Shown: positions 8,664 to 17,709 of the stretch, piece by piece | Layout: the number at the start of each line of letters is the position of its first letter | Position numbering within the stretch: position 1 is the first letter of the stretch | Virus record (IMG/VR): IMGVR_UViG_3300045996_001975 | Reading direction: 5' to 3' (one strand) | DNA: 37,066 nt | DNA from: a virus | Position numbers and translations under genes: made by a program | Notes under the pieces: generated by a model | Databases searched by the model: none | What the model saw: the letters and a program-made list of their open reading frames with translations, nothing else | What the model was told of the DNA's origin: nothing

Positions 8664-9062
8664 CTACTTCTCGGTGTTCTTGCCGCGCTTGCTGGTCGAC
8701 TTGGGCTCGACCGCCGGCGCGTCCTCCGGGGCGGCCAGGCCGGACTCGTACAGCGCGACGGGCTCGCGCGGCTCGTCGTCGGCCGGCGGCAGCGCTTCGC
8801 CGGTACCGTCGCCGGTCAGCTCCCGCTCATCGTCGGTCCTCTCTCGCGGCTCGACCTCGTTGACGTCCTCGCCCTTGGCGTCCTCGTACGTGACGTGACG
8901 CGGTTCCAGGATGCCCTCGTACGACGGGCCCGCGAACTTACTGATCTTCGGCATCTGATCTCCCTCTGTCGCTTCGTGGTACGACCCGCTACCGCACTGC
9001 GGGCACCGGTCAGCGCCCACCGAATAGAGCGAACCGCACTCCTCGCATACCCACAACGCCAT
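8664..9062 (-). CDS. Zinc-ribbon protein with acidic disordered tail (132 aa)
   Basis: N-terminal CEEC-x13-CPQC motif, followed by a highly acidic Glu/Asp/Pro-rich tail. Confidence 0.6.
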   Translation of the reverse strand: MALWVCEECGSLYSVGADRCPQCGSGSYHEATEGDQMPKISKFAGPSYEGILEPRHVTYEDAKGEDVNEVEPRERTDDERELTGDGTGEALPPADDEPREPVALYESGLAAPEDAPAVEPKSTSKRGKNTEK

Positions 9063-9065
9063 GGC

Positions 9066-9521
9066 TCAGGCCGCGACGATCGTGGCGCCGTCTTCGATCG
9101 GCACGTACGTCAGGTACCACGTGATACCGCCGTCGGCACCGGTCGCGGTCACCTGCTCGATGGTGCCGGCATCGAGCACGAGCGGCCGGGTCGACAGCGG
9201 AGCCACCCCCACGCCGAAGAGCGGGGTGTCGCCGGTCAAGCCGGGAAAGCCAATCAGCGATCCGGCCGGAGTGTCGGCGGTGCCCAGGTCGGTCGCGGCG
9301 AAGATGTCCTTCGTCGTCCCCGTGGTGGGGTTGGCCTGGAGCTTCACCGTGTTGGCCACCGTGATGGCCGTGGTCACCTTGCCGAACATCGACGTGATGA
9401 GACACAGACCCGAGATGGTGAACAGGGTCTTCGTCTCCACCACCAGCGGCGTATAGGCCTTGCTGACGACGACGCCGAACGCCGACTTGGTGTAGGCCGC
9501 GGACGGGTTGAGAACGCTCAT
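9066..9521 (-). CDS. Hypothetical structural protein (151 aa; start ATG 9521)
   Basis: The sequence starts MSVLNPSAAYTKSAF... and is preceded by TAGGGGGTCGGAC (upstream stop plus G-rich SD). The track start at 9602 adds Cys/Arg/Pro-rich junk. Confidence 0.6.
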   Translation of the reverse strand: MSVLNPSAAYTKSAFGVVVSKAYTPLVVETKTLFTISGLCLITSMFGKVTTAITVANTVKLQANPTTGTTKDIFAATDLGTADTPAGSLIGFPGLTGDTPLFGVGVAPLSTRPLVLDAGTIEQVTATGADGGITWYLTYVPIEDGATIVAA

Positions 9522-9531
9522 GTCCGACCCC

Positions 9532-10032
9532 CTACGCCTGCGGGTTGGCGAGGTTGGCGGGGGCGCGCTGCACGAGCAGATCGCGCAGGATGTAGAGCAC
9601 ACTCACGTACTTGGATCCGTTGGTACCGAGGTCCGGCACGTCCAGCGAAACCCATTCGTAGCCGTCGGCCAGCTCCACCGCATCGACCTCGATCACGAGC
9701 AGACTCTGTTCGCTGGCGCCGTCGGCGTCGGTGATCTCGCTCGCCGCGCTCTGCGCGGTGCGCGTCCACGTCTCGTCACCGTCGAGCGTGGTCTCCGCCT
9801 TCGTGTAGTAGTGGTCGATGACGTCGAGATCCGCGCTCGTACCGCCGGATGCGGCGGTGTGCTGGCGCAGGTCGACATCGAGCCGGTCGGTCGAGCCGGC
9901 CGAGCTGACGACCACGATCGTCACGCCGCTGGCGTTCTTCAGGTGGACCCGGTTGCCCGTGATCGCACCGCCAACGGCGTCGGTGGGCACGGCGCCCACC
10001 GAGATGTCGAAGAGCCTTCCCAGTGCTTCCAT
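9532..10032 (-). CDS. Hypothetical protein after the major capsid gene (166 aa; start ATG 10032)
   Basis: ATG 10032 has SD GGAGAGG five nt upstream. The track extension to GTG 10101 has many A/T third positions and consists of a 14-nt direct repeat. Confidence 0.6.
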   Translation of the reverse strand: MEALGRLFDISVGAVPTDAVGGAITGNRVHLKNASGVTIVVVSSAGSTDRLDVDLRQHTAASGGTSADLDVIDHYYTKAETTLDGDETWTRTAQSAASEITDADGASEQSLLVIEVDAVELADGYEWVSLDVPDLGTNGSKYVSVLYILRDLLVQRAPANLANPQA

Positions 10033-10200
10033 ATCTGCCTCTCCGGGCGGGGGTTGATTGCCACCCTGGATATCGGCCCCCGTGGGGGGTTGATTGCCCA
10101 CGGTGGGCTGTGCGTGGGGACCGGGAGACTTGCACTCCCACTACGCCAGATCTCGCCAACCCAGGCTAGATGCGTGTGCTTCTTACACCATGTCCCCGAA

Positions 10201-10239
10201 TCCACAGTGGAGCCCATCACCAGTAAGCTCCACTGTGGA
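10201..10239 (-). terminator. Hairpin just after the major capsid gene (13-bp perfect stem, 13-nt loop)
   Basis: tccacagtggagc (10201-10213) pairs with gctccactgtgga (10227-10239), 5 nt past the capsid stop codon. There is no U-tract, which is common in actinobacteria. Confidence 0.5.
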
Positions 10240-10244
10240 CGATG

Positions 10245-11714
10245 TTACGCGCGCTCCGCCAGCGTGACGAACGGGCTGAGGGTCGCGCCGTTGTTCTTCG
10301 GCGTGATCGGGCTGTTGAGCCACGGCCGGCCGTCGACGCGCGAGATGATGCGGTACGCGGTGACGTCGTTGCCGAACTTGTAGTGCGGCGAGCTGTCCGC
10401 GCTCATCGCCTGGCGGTCACCGATCAGGTAGTGGCCGAAGTCGACGAAGCTGATGTCACCCTGGTTGCCCAGACTCGGCACCTTCTCCGACACGATGACC
10501 GGCCGGCCCAGGATGGTCATGGGCGGACCCGCGACGCCGTTGTTGAGCCACACCGCCGACCCGCCGGTACCGACCGACAGCGCCATGGTGGCCAGCTCGG
10601 GGAAGGTGTCCGGGCTGACAATCCACACCGCGCGGTTGAGCGAGCCCGGCAGCATGCGGGCAAACATTTTGATGATGTTCTCCCACACGATGGTGTCCGC
10701 GGCCTGGCCGGCTTCCTTCGACACGGCCACAGTCGCCGTGTTGTTGGTGTCCAGCACGCCCAGCGGCATGCCGACCCCGGAGCCGGTCATGAACGCGTCG
10801 TCCTCGTACCAGGCCAGCGCCTCAGGGAAGATCGACTGGATGAAGGCCTCGAACGACCCGATCGAGTCCGCGATCAACTCGTTGGGAACCTCGGTGTAGG
10901 CCGTGAGCTTCTTGGCCTCCAACACGACGCGGGAGAAGCTCGGCGACGACGTGGTGAGTGCCGCCCCCTCTTCTGTCCAGTACGCGACCACGCCACCGAA
11001 CACCGACGAGACGTTGCTGTTCGCGTCCAGCGCCGGGAACGGCACGCGGAGCGTCTCCATCGGAATGACCCGGGCCCGCGGCCGCACGATGGCCGTCTCG
11101 AGCGCCACCTGGAGCAGCTCAGAGCGCAGCGTCTCCGGGATCAGGAAACCGCCCTCGCTCGGCACGCCTGAGCTGAAGGCGTTGCGCAGCTTCTCCCGCA
11201 GCAGGTTGGTCTGCGCGTCGCGGTCACGGCGGTGCCAGATGGTGGCGAAGAAATCAGCGGGCGACTCGAAAATGCCGTCGACCTTGGTGCCCAGCGCCTT
11301 CGGGTTGTACTGGGCCGACTTCATGGCCATGGTGCGCGAAGGCGCCTGCGTGTGGTCCAGGTTGAGCCGGCGGATCTGCTCCGGCTCGTGTTCCTTGAGC
11401 CAGTTGGTCAGGAACGTCTGCACCTGCTCGTTGACCTGCTTCGCGACGTCCTGATTCTTGGCCAGAACGATGCCGGCATACTTGTTGATGACGTCTTCGA
11501 ACTTGCCGGCCTTGGCGACGGCGGCCATCTTCTTGCCGTCGCGCAGAAAGTCCTGAAGCTCTTCGGCGGTCTCCGGGATGGTGACGTCGTCCGCCGAATC
11601 GCGCACGGAGCCCGGCGCCGCGCGGTTGAACAGCTTCCCCAGGTCCGTAGCGGACGCGCCGAGTGCGGCCAGCTTGGCACGCTGCCCCCGTGAGAGGGTG
11701 CGGGTATTGCTCAC
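10245..11714 (-). CDS. Major capsid protein, HK97 fold, with an N-terminal delta/scaffold-like domain (489 aa)
   Basis: Follows the prohead protease. The N terminus is coiled-coil (AEELQDFLRDGKKMAAVAKAGKFEDVINKY). The core has GGFLIPETLRSELLQVALE...VPFPALD, typical of HK97-family capsids. GTGA overlap at 11711-11714. Confidence 0.85.
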   Translation of the reverse strand: MSNTRTLSRGQRAKLAALGASATDLGKLFNRAAPGSVRDSADDVTIPETAEELQDFLRDGKKMAAVAKAGKFEDVINKYAGIVLAKNQDVAKQVNEQVQTFLTNWLKEHEPEQIRRLNLDHTQAPSRTMAMKSAQYNPKALGTKVDGIFESPADFFATIWHRRDRDAQTNLLREKLRNAFSSGVPSEGGFLIPETLRSELLQVALETAIVRPRARVIPMETLRVPFPALDANSNVSSVFGGVVAYWTEEGAALTTSSPSFSRVVLEAKKLTAYTEVPNELIADSIGSFEAFIQSIFPEALAWYEDDAFMTGSGVGMPLGVLDTNNTATVAVSKEAGQAADTIVWENIIKMFARMLPGSLNRAVWIVSPDTFPELATMALSVGTGGSAVWLNNGVAGPPMTILGRPVIVSEKVPSLGNQGDISFVDFGHYLIGDRQAMSADSSPHYKFGNDVTAYRIISRVDGRPWLNSPITPKNNGATLSPFVTLAERA

Positions 11715-12886
11715 TTGAGTCCCCCTTCCAGGGCAGTACTGAGTTTCGCGAAATCGAGAACGAAGAGATCATCCTCGTCGAACACCGGAGCGGCGTCCGG
11801 CTGGGCCGGTGTCACCACCTCCGGGAGATTGCTGGCCGCGTGATCGACCAGGGTGCGGAACTGTTCGGCTCCGCCCTGCGCGTTCCACGCCGTGGCGAAC
11901 TCGTCCCACTCGTCGTCGGCGGCGGGGGTCGGCTCGGCGGGCTCGGGGTCGCGATTGACGGGTTCCGGCTTCCGGTCGTCCACAGTGGAGCGCGGCTTCG
12001 GCTCGCCGAACATGCGCAGGTCCCACGTGTTGGTCGGCACGCCAGCCGCCGCCGGCACCTCCGCCACGATGCGGTCGGCCAGGCCCGCCTCCACCGCCTC
12101 TTCGGCGGTGTACCAGGTGGTCGCCCGCATGCGTTCGCGCCACTGGTCGGCCTTGCCGCCGGCCCGCGCCGCGTAGAAGCGAGCGATGTTGTCGCTCTCC
12201 TGATCGAGCAGGTCGGCCAGCTCGCGCATCGTCGCCGCGTCACCCAGCGCCAGCCCCTGCGCGTCGTGGATCATCATGCGCGACCCGCGGCCCATCTCCA
12301 CACTGTCGCCAGCCATGGCGATGACGCTGGCAATGCTCGCGGCCAACCCGTCCACCGTGACGTTCACGGCCGCGCGGTGCCCGCGCAGGACGTTGTAGAT
12401 AGCGATGCCGTCGAACACCTCCCCGCCGGGCGAGTTCAACCGGAGGTTGATGGTGTCCACGTCGAGCCCGGCCAGCTCTGAGGCGAACGCCGAGGCAGTG
12501 ACGCCGTAGTAGCCGATCTCGTCGTAGATGAAGACGTCCACCGCGCGACCGCCGGCGGGCCCCAGGTTGCGGACCTTGTCGATCTTGTACCAGTCCGTGC
12601 GCCCGTTGCGCAGCGTCGGGCGCGGCACGAAGTTACCGGCGCGGTTGAACACGTGTACATGCCCACGCAGTCGCGCCAGCTTGGCGTACGCCGCGCGGCG
12701 CCGGTCAACCTCCGCGCACCACGCGGCTGACTCGCGGATCAGCAGGGGTTCCTCCATGGCCGGCGCAAGGGGCGGCTGGTCCCACATCTCGTGCTTCGGA
12801 TCGCGAACCGTCGCCCCCATCTGGTCGGCAGCCCACAAGATCGCGTCAGCGTGCAGCTTGTCGGCGGTCAGTCTATCGATACTCAT
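11711..12886 (-). CDS. Capsid maturation (prohead) protease, ClpP/S14-like (391 aa)
   Basis: Motifs LNSPGGEVFDGIAIYN, GLAASIASVIAMAG (Ser) and MMIHDAQG (His). Lies between the portal and the capsid gene. Confidence 0.85.
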   Translation of the reverse strand: MSIDRLTADKLHADAILWAADQMGATVRDPKHEMWDQPPLAPAMEEPLLIRESAAWCAEVDRRRAAYAKLARLRGHVHVFNRAGNFVPRPTLRNGRTDWYKIDKVRNLGPAGGRAVDVFIYDEIGYYGVTASAFASELAGLDVDTINLRLNSPGGEVFDGIAIYNVLRGHRAAVNVTVDGLAASIASVIAMAGDSVEMGRGSRMMIHDAQGLALGDAATMRELADLLDQESDNIARFYAARAGGKADQWRERMRATTWYTAEEAVEAGLADRIVAEVPAAAGVPTNTWDLRMFGEPKPRSTVDDRKPEPVNRDPEPAEPTPAADDEWDEFATAWNAQGGAEQFRTLVDHAASNLPEVVTPAQPDAAPVFDEDDLFVLDFAKLSTALEGGLK

Positions 12887-13059
12887 GATCCGCTCCCGCT
12901 GGAGAGATTCACCGAGGGCAACGAAGGCACCAGTTCGTTATGGGCGTGATGCCACATGGAATTTGCCACCGCCTCCCAGTCCTGCGTTTCCTCCCACACC
13001 TCGCGCGCCACCGTGCCGAGTCGGCGTAGACGCTCGCGGTGCTCATCCTGCTCGCTCAT
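12883..13059 (-). CDS. Small hypothetical protein (58 aa; start ATG 13059)
   Basis: ATGA overlap with the portal stop (13056-13059). The sequence starts MSEQDEHRERLRRLG... ATGA overlap again with the protease start at 12883-12886. Confidence 0.55.
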   Translation of the reverse strand: MSEQDEHRERLRRLGTVAREVWEETQDWEAVANSMWHHAHNELVPSLPSVNLSSGSGS

Positions 13060-15152
13060 GATCCCGCTCCGCTGGTCGTTTTCGGACGCCACACGCCAAC
13101 AATCGTTCCCCGACAGCGAGAACCGCCGAGGCAATCCACATATCCGCCATACGCACCCTGCGGATACGTCTGGTCCAGACGCGACAGATCATCAGTGTTA
13201 CCAAGCCATCGGCCATGCACGGCCCGACAGTTCTTGCAGGTGTTCGTGTCCAACTGCTCGCTCGCGTAGAGCGCCCCGACCGGCCCATGGCGCATCGTCT
13301 CCAGCCTGCCCGCGTTCTGGGCGCCGGTGAGCGCCCCGCCCAGCACCTGACGGGGGTAGGCGTCGGTCAGCTCGTTCAGGTGCGCCCGGACCCGATCCCC
13401 GACCTCGGCGGGCGTCTGGCCGGCGCCGTTGACCCGTAGCGCTTCCGCCCCCGCGCTGGTACCCATCCAGCGGGCCAACAGCTTGGCCAAGGCCTTGGCC
13501 GGTTTCTTCCACGTGCTGGTCGGCGGCACCCGGGCCGGAATGTCCTCCGGCGGCACGCCCTGGCGGCCGGCCTCGGTGGTGACCTGACGCGCCGCGCGCA
13601 GGGCGATCGCCGCCATAGCCGCGGCGAGCAGGGACGCGCCCAGCTCCCACGGCAGATCGATATCGGCCAGCGCGGTCACGTCGCCCGCGACCAGCGCGGC
13701 CTCCACGGCTTCCACCGCGGCGTCGCGCTGGTCGGCGGTGACCGACGTCCAGTCCGCGAGCAGCTGGCCCAGCAGCTCATCCCAGTCGTCTTGGACCTCG
13801 GACAGGTCGATGTCGTCTACCGGCGACTCCGCGTTGACGACGGGAACGTACGGCGGGCGCGAGGCCCGCGCCTCGATCGCCTCGCGAGCCGGCGCGTCGA
13901 TGGTCGCGGTCGCCTGCACGGGGGGTGGCGCCGGCTTCGCGTACGACGCGGCCAGTTCGACCGGCAGGCCCAGATACTCACACGCGGCGTCCGCCTCGAA
14001 GCCAGCCCCCACCAGGGCGACCAGCGCGTCTACCGCTGTCTTCATGTCGGCGTTGTCCGCGGTACGGTCCGCCGGCACAAGGTCCGGGTCGTATCTCCAG
14101 CAGTAGGCATCCTGCGCTCCGAAGAGCTTGAGCAGGTCGTTGTTCATCGCGCCCTGCCAGCGCTTCAGCCGCGGGATCACCGAGTGCCGGGCGTAGATCA
14201 CGTCCATGGCTTCAGCGGTCGCCCGGTTGACGTCGTCCACGGCGCCGGTCAGCGGCTTCGGGAAGCCGTACGCCTCACGAATGGCGCCGTCCGACACTCC
14301 CCGTAGCGACGTGAATTCCATGTCGCGCATGGTGTACTTGCGGTCAACCCATTTGCCCTCTTCGATGATGGCCACGCGGTGCGAATTGGCTACGCCGCGG
14401 TGCTGCTCACGCCAGCGCGTGGTGACCCGTTCGAACTCATCGTCATCGAGCGAACGATCGAATTCGATCACGCCGCCGGGCTCAGCGGAGTTACGAAAGA
14501 AGTTCGCGTTCCACTCCTGCGCGTACCGCATGCCCTCGAGATCGAGCGTCAGCGCGGCGACTGGCGACATGCCGCCGAACATGTCCAGGGGGCTCGGCCA
14601 GCGGATGCAGATCACGTCTTCGCGCGCCAGCGGTACCGGCTTGCCGTCCGGGTCGCGATACACGTAGCCGGAAATGAAGTCGGTCGCGCTCTTGACCGGC
14701 GCGATCCGGTCGGGCCGGACCGGCCACAGCTCGATCGGCAACGACCGGGCACGCGCGACCACGAGGTAGCCCATGCCGGTCAGCTCCACGTGCTGCTGCA
14801 CCGTCTCGCGCAGTTCCTGCCCGGTCATGAACTCGTTCGGCCGATGGAACAGATCAAGGGCGGGATGGCGAGCGACTTCGGTCTCATCCTCTTCGCGCCC
14901 GGACGCCGCCTTGCGGTGCAACGTCCAGTCGACCTGAGAGACGGACACGGCCAGCTTGGAAACGACACCGAACAACGTGCCGATCGCCCCGTACGCTTCC
15001 AGCCCCGCGGTGCCGGCGGCGGTGACCCTCCCGGCCGGGGCGCCGGCCCCAGAGCGGCCGACGTAGGCCACGGGCGCCTTGTCGGTGATCGGCGCGCGGC
15101 GCAGGCGGGCAACCGCCTGGCCGACATCTCCCAGCAGCGACCGCCCGGCCAT
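13056..15152 (-). CDS. Portal protein fused to a MuF-like head morphogenesis domain (698 aa; start ATG 15152)
   Basis: The N-terminal ~430 aa are portal-like (HPALDLFHRPNEFMTGQELRE...). The extra ~250-aa C terminus ends in a Cys-rich MuF-like tail (TNTCKNCRAVHGRW...CLGGSRC). ATGA overlap at 15152-15154. Confidence 0.75.
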   Translation of the reverse strand: MAGRSLLGDVGQAVARLRRAPITDKAPVAYVGRSGAGAPAGRVTAAGTAGLEAYGAIGTLFGVVSKLAVSVSQVDWTLHRKAASGREEDETEVARHPALDLFHRPNEFMTGQELRETVQQHVELTGMGYLVVARARSLPIELWPVRPDRIAPVKSATDFISGYVYRDPDGKPVPLAREDVICIRWPSPLDMFGGMSPVAALTLDLEGMRYAQEWNANFFRNSAEPGGVIEFDRSLDDDEFERVTTRWREQHRGVANSHRVAIIEEGKWVDRKYTMRDMEFTSLRGVSDGAIREAYGFPKPLTGAVDDVNRATAEAMDVIYARHSVIPRLKRWQGAMNNDLLKLFGAQDAYCWRYDPDLVPADRTADNADMKTAVDALVALVGAGFEADAACEYLGLPVELAASYAKPAPPPVQATATIDAPAREAIEARASRPPYVPVVNAESPVDDIDLSEVQDDWDELLGQLLADWTSVTADQRDAAVEAVEAALVAGDVTALADIDLPWELGASLLAAAMAAIALRAARQVTTEAGRQGVPPEDIPARVPPTSTWKKPAKALAKLLARWMGTSAGAEALRVNGAGQTPAEVGDRVRAHLNELTDAYPRQVLGGALTGAQNAGRLETMRHGPVGALYASEQLDTNTCKNCRAVHGRWLGNTDDLSRLDQTYPQGAYGGYVDCLGGSRCRGTIVGVWRPKTTSGAGS

Positions 15153-15436
15153 CAGGTGGTCCGCCAGCTGATGATCCAGCACGACGCGGCCAGCGCCAGC
15201 AGGCCGGCCCAGGTCCCCACCTGGAACGCGGCACCGGCAGCGAACAGGCAGCCGGCCCCTTCCAGGGCGACCCGCAGGTGCTGGCCGGTCACATATCCGA
15301 CCAAAGTCCGCAACGTGACGAGCGTGGCCAGAGCGAGTGCCGCCGGCCGGCGCCGGGCGCGACGCGCGGCCCGGTCCTGCTCGGCGCGCACCGAGGCGCG
15401 CGAACGGCGGGGCTGGGCGAAGTCGATGACGGCCAT
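15152..15436 (-). CDS. Small membrane protein (94 aa; start ATG 15436)
   Basis: ATGA overlaps at both ends. Two hydrophobic segments (AALALATLVTLRTLVGYV and AGLLALAASCWIISW). The track ORF 15152-15634 is the same frame over-extended. Confidence 0.5.
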   Translation of the reverse strand: MAVIDFAQPRRSRASVRAEQDRAARRARRRPAALALATLVTLRTLVGYVTGQHLRVALEGAGCLFAAGAAFQVGTWAGLLALAASCWIISWRTT

Positions 15437-15681
15437 CAGGTGATCACCACGGCCTTCGGCGGGCCCGCGAAAGTGACGCCGTCCGGGCTCGGCCCGGAGT
15501 CGCACATGAGACACACCCCGACCGGGTAGCCGCCCATGGCGCGCACGCCCCGTTCCTGGAGGCAGGCGACGTCTCCGCCGAACGGCGGGACCATCGTCTT
15601 CACGAAGCGCCATTTCGAGCCGCACGTCGGGCAACCCCGCTCCGGACGGACGAGAGCACTGGGCAGATTCTTCACGGACAC
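15436..15681 (-). CDS. Small Cys-containing (zinc-ribbon-like) protein (81 aa)
   Basis: CPTCG ... CLMCD motifs. Lies between TerL and the portal. GGAG lies upstream. Confidence 0.5.
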   Translation of the reverse strand: MSVKNLPSALVRPERGCPTCGSKWRFVKTMVPPFGGDVACLQERGVRAMGGYPVGVCLMCDSGPSPDGVTFAGPPKAVVIT

Positions 15682-15690
15682 CGGCGCCCC

Positions 15691-17058
15691 CTACTCCATA
15701 AACCGCAGACCAGGCTGCCCGCGTAGATCACGGTGAGCCACAATGTACCGCATCGCGTCGCAGCCGTGGTCGTCCTCTTTGCGTGGCGTTTCTTTAGGCG
15801 CTTTGTCCGCAATTTTAGCGGCGGCCGTGATGTCCCAGACGTAGCCGGGGATCTCCTCGATCGTGGAGACGGGCCGGCCGCGATCGCGTAGAGACTGGTC
15901 GGTCTCGACCACCACCCCCTCCATCAGCTCGATGCCCGGGCGGCCATCCCCGCGGGGACGCATCCGCCGGTCCACCGCCTGAATGCCGTCGATCACGTCC
16001 TTCTTGGCGGCCACCGTCACCAGGCCCGTCTCCCGACGCCAGACCACGCGCCCCTCGGCGTCATGATCACAGATCACCGCGCTCGGACGCGGCTCGCGCC
16101 ACTCACCCGTCCACGGCAGGGTCGGCCCGCGCTTCACCGGATTCTTGAGAACGATTTTCATTATCGTCTCGGCGTGCTGGTCCACCGTACGTGCAGTGTG
16201 ATATATCTCACGATAAAGGATCAGGCGGCCGTCGGGATCTTCAGCCCAGCACTGCAACACGAAGGGGTTGGTGAATCCGAAGTCGATCACCCACCACCGC
16301 CGCCACGCGTGCGGCGGCTCGAACGCCGGTACGACGTGCAGCCGCGGCTCCCACTGCTCCCAGATGATGCCCTCGCTGGCCACCCAGCGCCCGAACCGCA
16401 AGCGCTGCTTGCGCACACCCGTCAGCGCGTCCAGCCTGGCCATGTAGGCCACGCCGCGCGCCGTCAGCTTCCCGTCGTCGCCGAAGAGGATGGGGTTCTC
16501 TTCGTGGCGGCTGTGCAGCATCAGACAGGCACCGTCGTCGCACCGCAGCTTGAGCCAGTGCGTGGGGGTGGACGGGTTGGTGTCGGCAATCAGCTGCTGG
16601 TACGGCATGACGCCGTTGCGCAACCGAGAGTTCGCGTTCTCCCAGTCGGTGACAGTGAACTCGATCGCTTCCTGCACATAGATCAGGTCGTACTCGCTGG
16701 ACATGATCCGCGTGGGATTGTCCATACCGCCGACCATGACCTTCGACCCGTTGGCGAAGCGGTACTGGGCCGGCTCCTCGCTCGACCCTCCATAGTAGAC
16801 AACTTCGCCGGTCTCGATGTGATCCACCGCGACGTGCTTGCGCCACGTGTCGAGCGCCGTCGTACTCAGCGACTTCAGCGTCTTACGCAGGATCAGCGCC
16901 TTCATGCCCGGGTACTTGATAGCGCAGGCGAGAATCTTCTCCAGACACGCGCGGCTCTTGCCCGTGCCGGCAGGGCCGCTGAGCAGAATCTCAGCGGCCC
17001 TGTTCTCCATCAGCTCTTTAGCGCTACCGCGGGGGCGGTAGATGTGCGTGCGGTTCAT
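15691..17058 (-). CDS. Terminase large subunit (455 aa; start ATG 17058)
   Basis: Walker A LLSGPAGTGKSRA. The ATPase is followed by a nuclease-type C domain (VIDFGFTNPFVLQCWAEDPDGRLILYREIY ... DDHGCDAMRY). ATGA overlap with the upstream stop at 17055-17058. Confidence 0.9.
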   Translation of the reverse strand: MNRTHIYRPRGSAKELMENRAAEILLSGPAGTGKSRACLEKILACAIKYPGMKALILRKTLKSLSTTALDTWRKHVAVDHIETGEVVYYGGSSEEPAQYRFANGSKVMVGGMDNPTRIMSSEYDLIYVQEAIEFTVTDWENANSRLRNGVMPYQQLIADTNPSTPTHWLKLRCDDGACLMLHSRHEENPILFGDDGKLTARGVAYMARLDALTGVRKQRLRFGRWVASEGIIWEQWEPRLHVVPAFEPPHAWRRWWVIDFGFTNPFVLQCWAEDPDGRLILYREIYHTARTVDQHAETIMKIVLKNPVKRGPTLPWTGEWREPRPSAVICDHDAEGRVVWRRETGLVTVAAKKDVIDGIQAVDRRMRPRGDGRPGIELMEGVVVETDQSLRDRGRPVSTIEEIPGYVWDITAAAKIADKAPKETPRKEDDHGCDAMRYIVAHRDLRGQPGLRFME

Positions 17059-17225
17059 TGCGATTGCTGCACGATCACCCAAGCCAACGCCTCAACGTGC
17101 GCCGAGAATCGGCGCACCTCGGCGTCGATAGCAGTTTCCCTGCCCCACGGCCGATAGATGACGCACCACTGCTTGCCTGACGGATGCGTCCACTTGTCGC
17201 GCAGTATCGTCCAGTGTGGCTTCAT
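17055..17225 (-). CDS. Small hypothetical protein (56 aa; start ATG 17225)
   Basis: The sequence starts MKPHWTILRDKWTHPSGKQWCVIY... The start overlaps the previous stop (TGATG), and its own stop overlaps the TerL ATG. Confidence 0.5.
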   Translation of the reverse strand: MKPHWTILRDKWTHPSGKQWCVIYRPWGRETAIDAEVRRFSAHVEALAWVIVQQSQ

Positions 17226-17389
17226 CACCGACGGCGCTTCGCTCGCGGCGCGACCGGCCACCAGTGCTCACGCCAGACATAGAGCATGATCAGCGTGACG
17301 ATCGCCGCCCCCATGGCCAGGCCGATCGACCACACCACGATCATGTCGCGGAAGTAGATGTTCAGCTCGCGCCCCTCGCCTACCCCCAT
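17225..17389 (-). CDS. Unlisted small membrane protein (54 aa)
   Basis: The ATG at 17389 overlaps the upstream stop (ATGA). Sequence: MGVGEGRELNIYFRDMIVVWSIGLAMGAAIVTLIMLYVWREHWWPVAPRAKRRR, one TM helix plus a basic tail. It is below the track length cutoff. Confidence 0.5.
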   Translation of the reverse strand: MGVGEGRELNIYFRDMIVVWSIGLAMGAAIVTLIMLYVWREHWWPVAPRAKRRR

Positions 17390-17709
17390 CACCGCACCCC
17401 CCTAAGCCAGCGCCACACGCCGCGCAGCCCCAGTCGCGGCAAGCCCTTCTCGACCAGACAGCCCATGACGACCTGACGCCGCAGGTGAGCGACGATAGCC
17501 GTCTCGGGGACGAACGCCCGAAAGATGAACTCGCCCGTAATCCACTCCGACGCAATGCCGTCCATGTCGCAGTAGGCATACAGCGTGACGTCGCGCAGGA
17601 AGTCTTCCGGACCGCGCCACAGCACCCAACCGTCGTCGCTGGCCGCCCTTGCCCATTGCTCGCGCGGCACACGGATCTCCGACCATGGCACCAACGGCGT
17701 CTCCATCAC
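17389..17709 (-). CDS. Hypothetical protein (about 105 aa)
   Basis: The start is GTG 17709 (GTGA overlap) or ATG 17706. The sequence looks protein-like and is Trp-rich. Confidence 0.55.
   Translation of the reverse strand: MMETPLVPWSEIRVPREQWARAASDDGWVLWRGPEDFLRDVTLYAYCDMDGIASEWITGEFIFRAFVPETAIVAHLRRQVVMGCLVEKGLPRLGLRGVWRWLRGVR

Noticed and set aside
15152-15634. 160-aa track ORF
   Set aside because: The N-terminal 66 residues are Arg-rich and overlap the 81-aa gene in another frame. The internal ATG 15436 forms an ATGA overlap with that gene's stop and gives a plausible 94-aa membrane protein.
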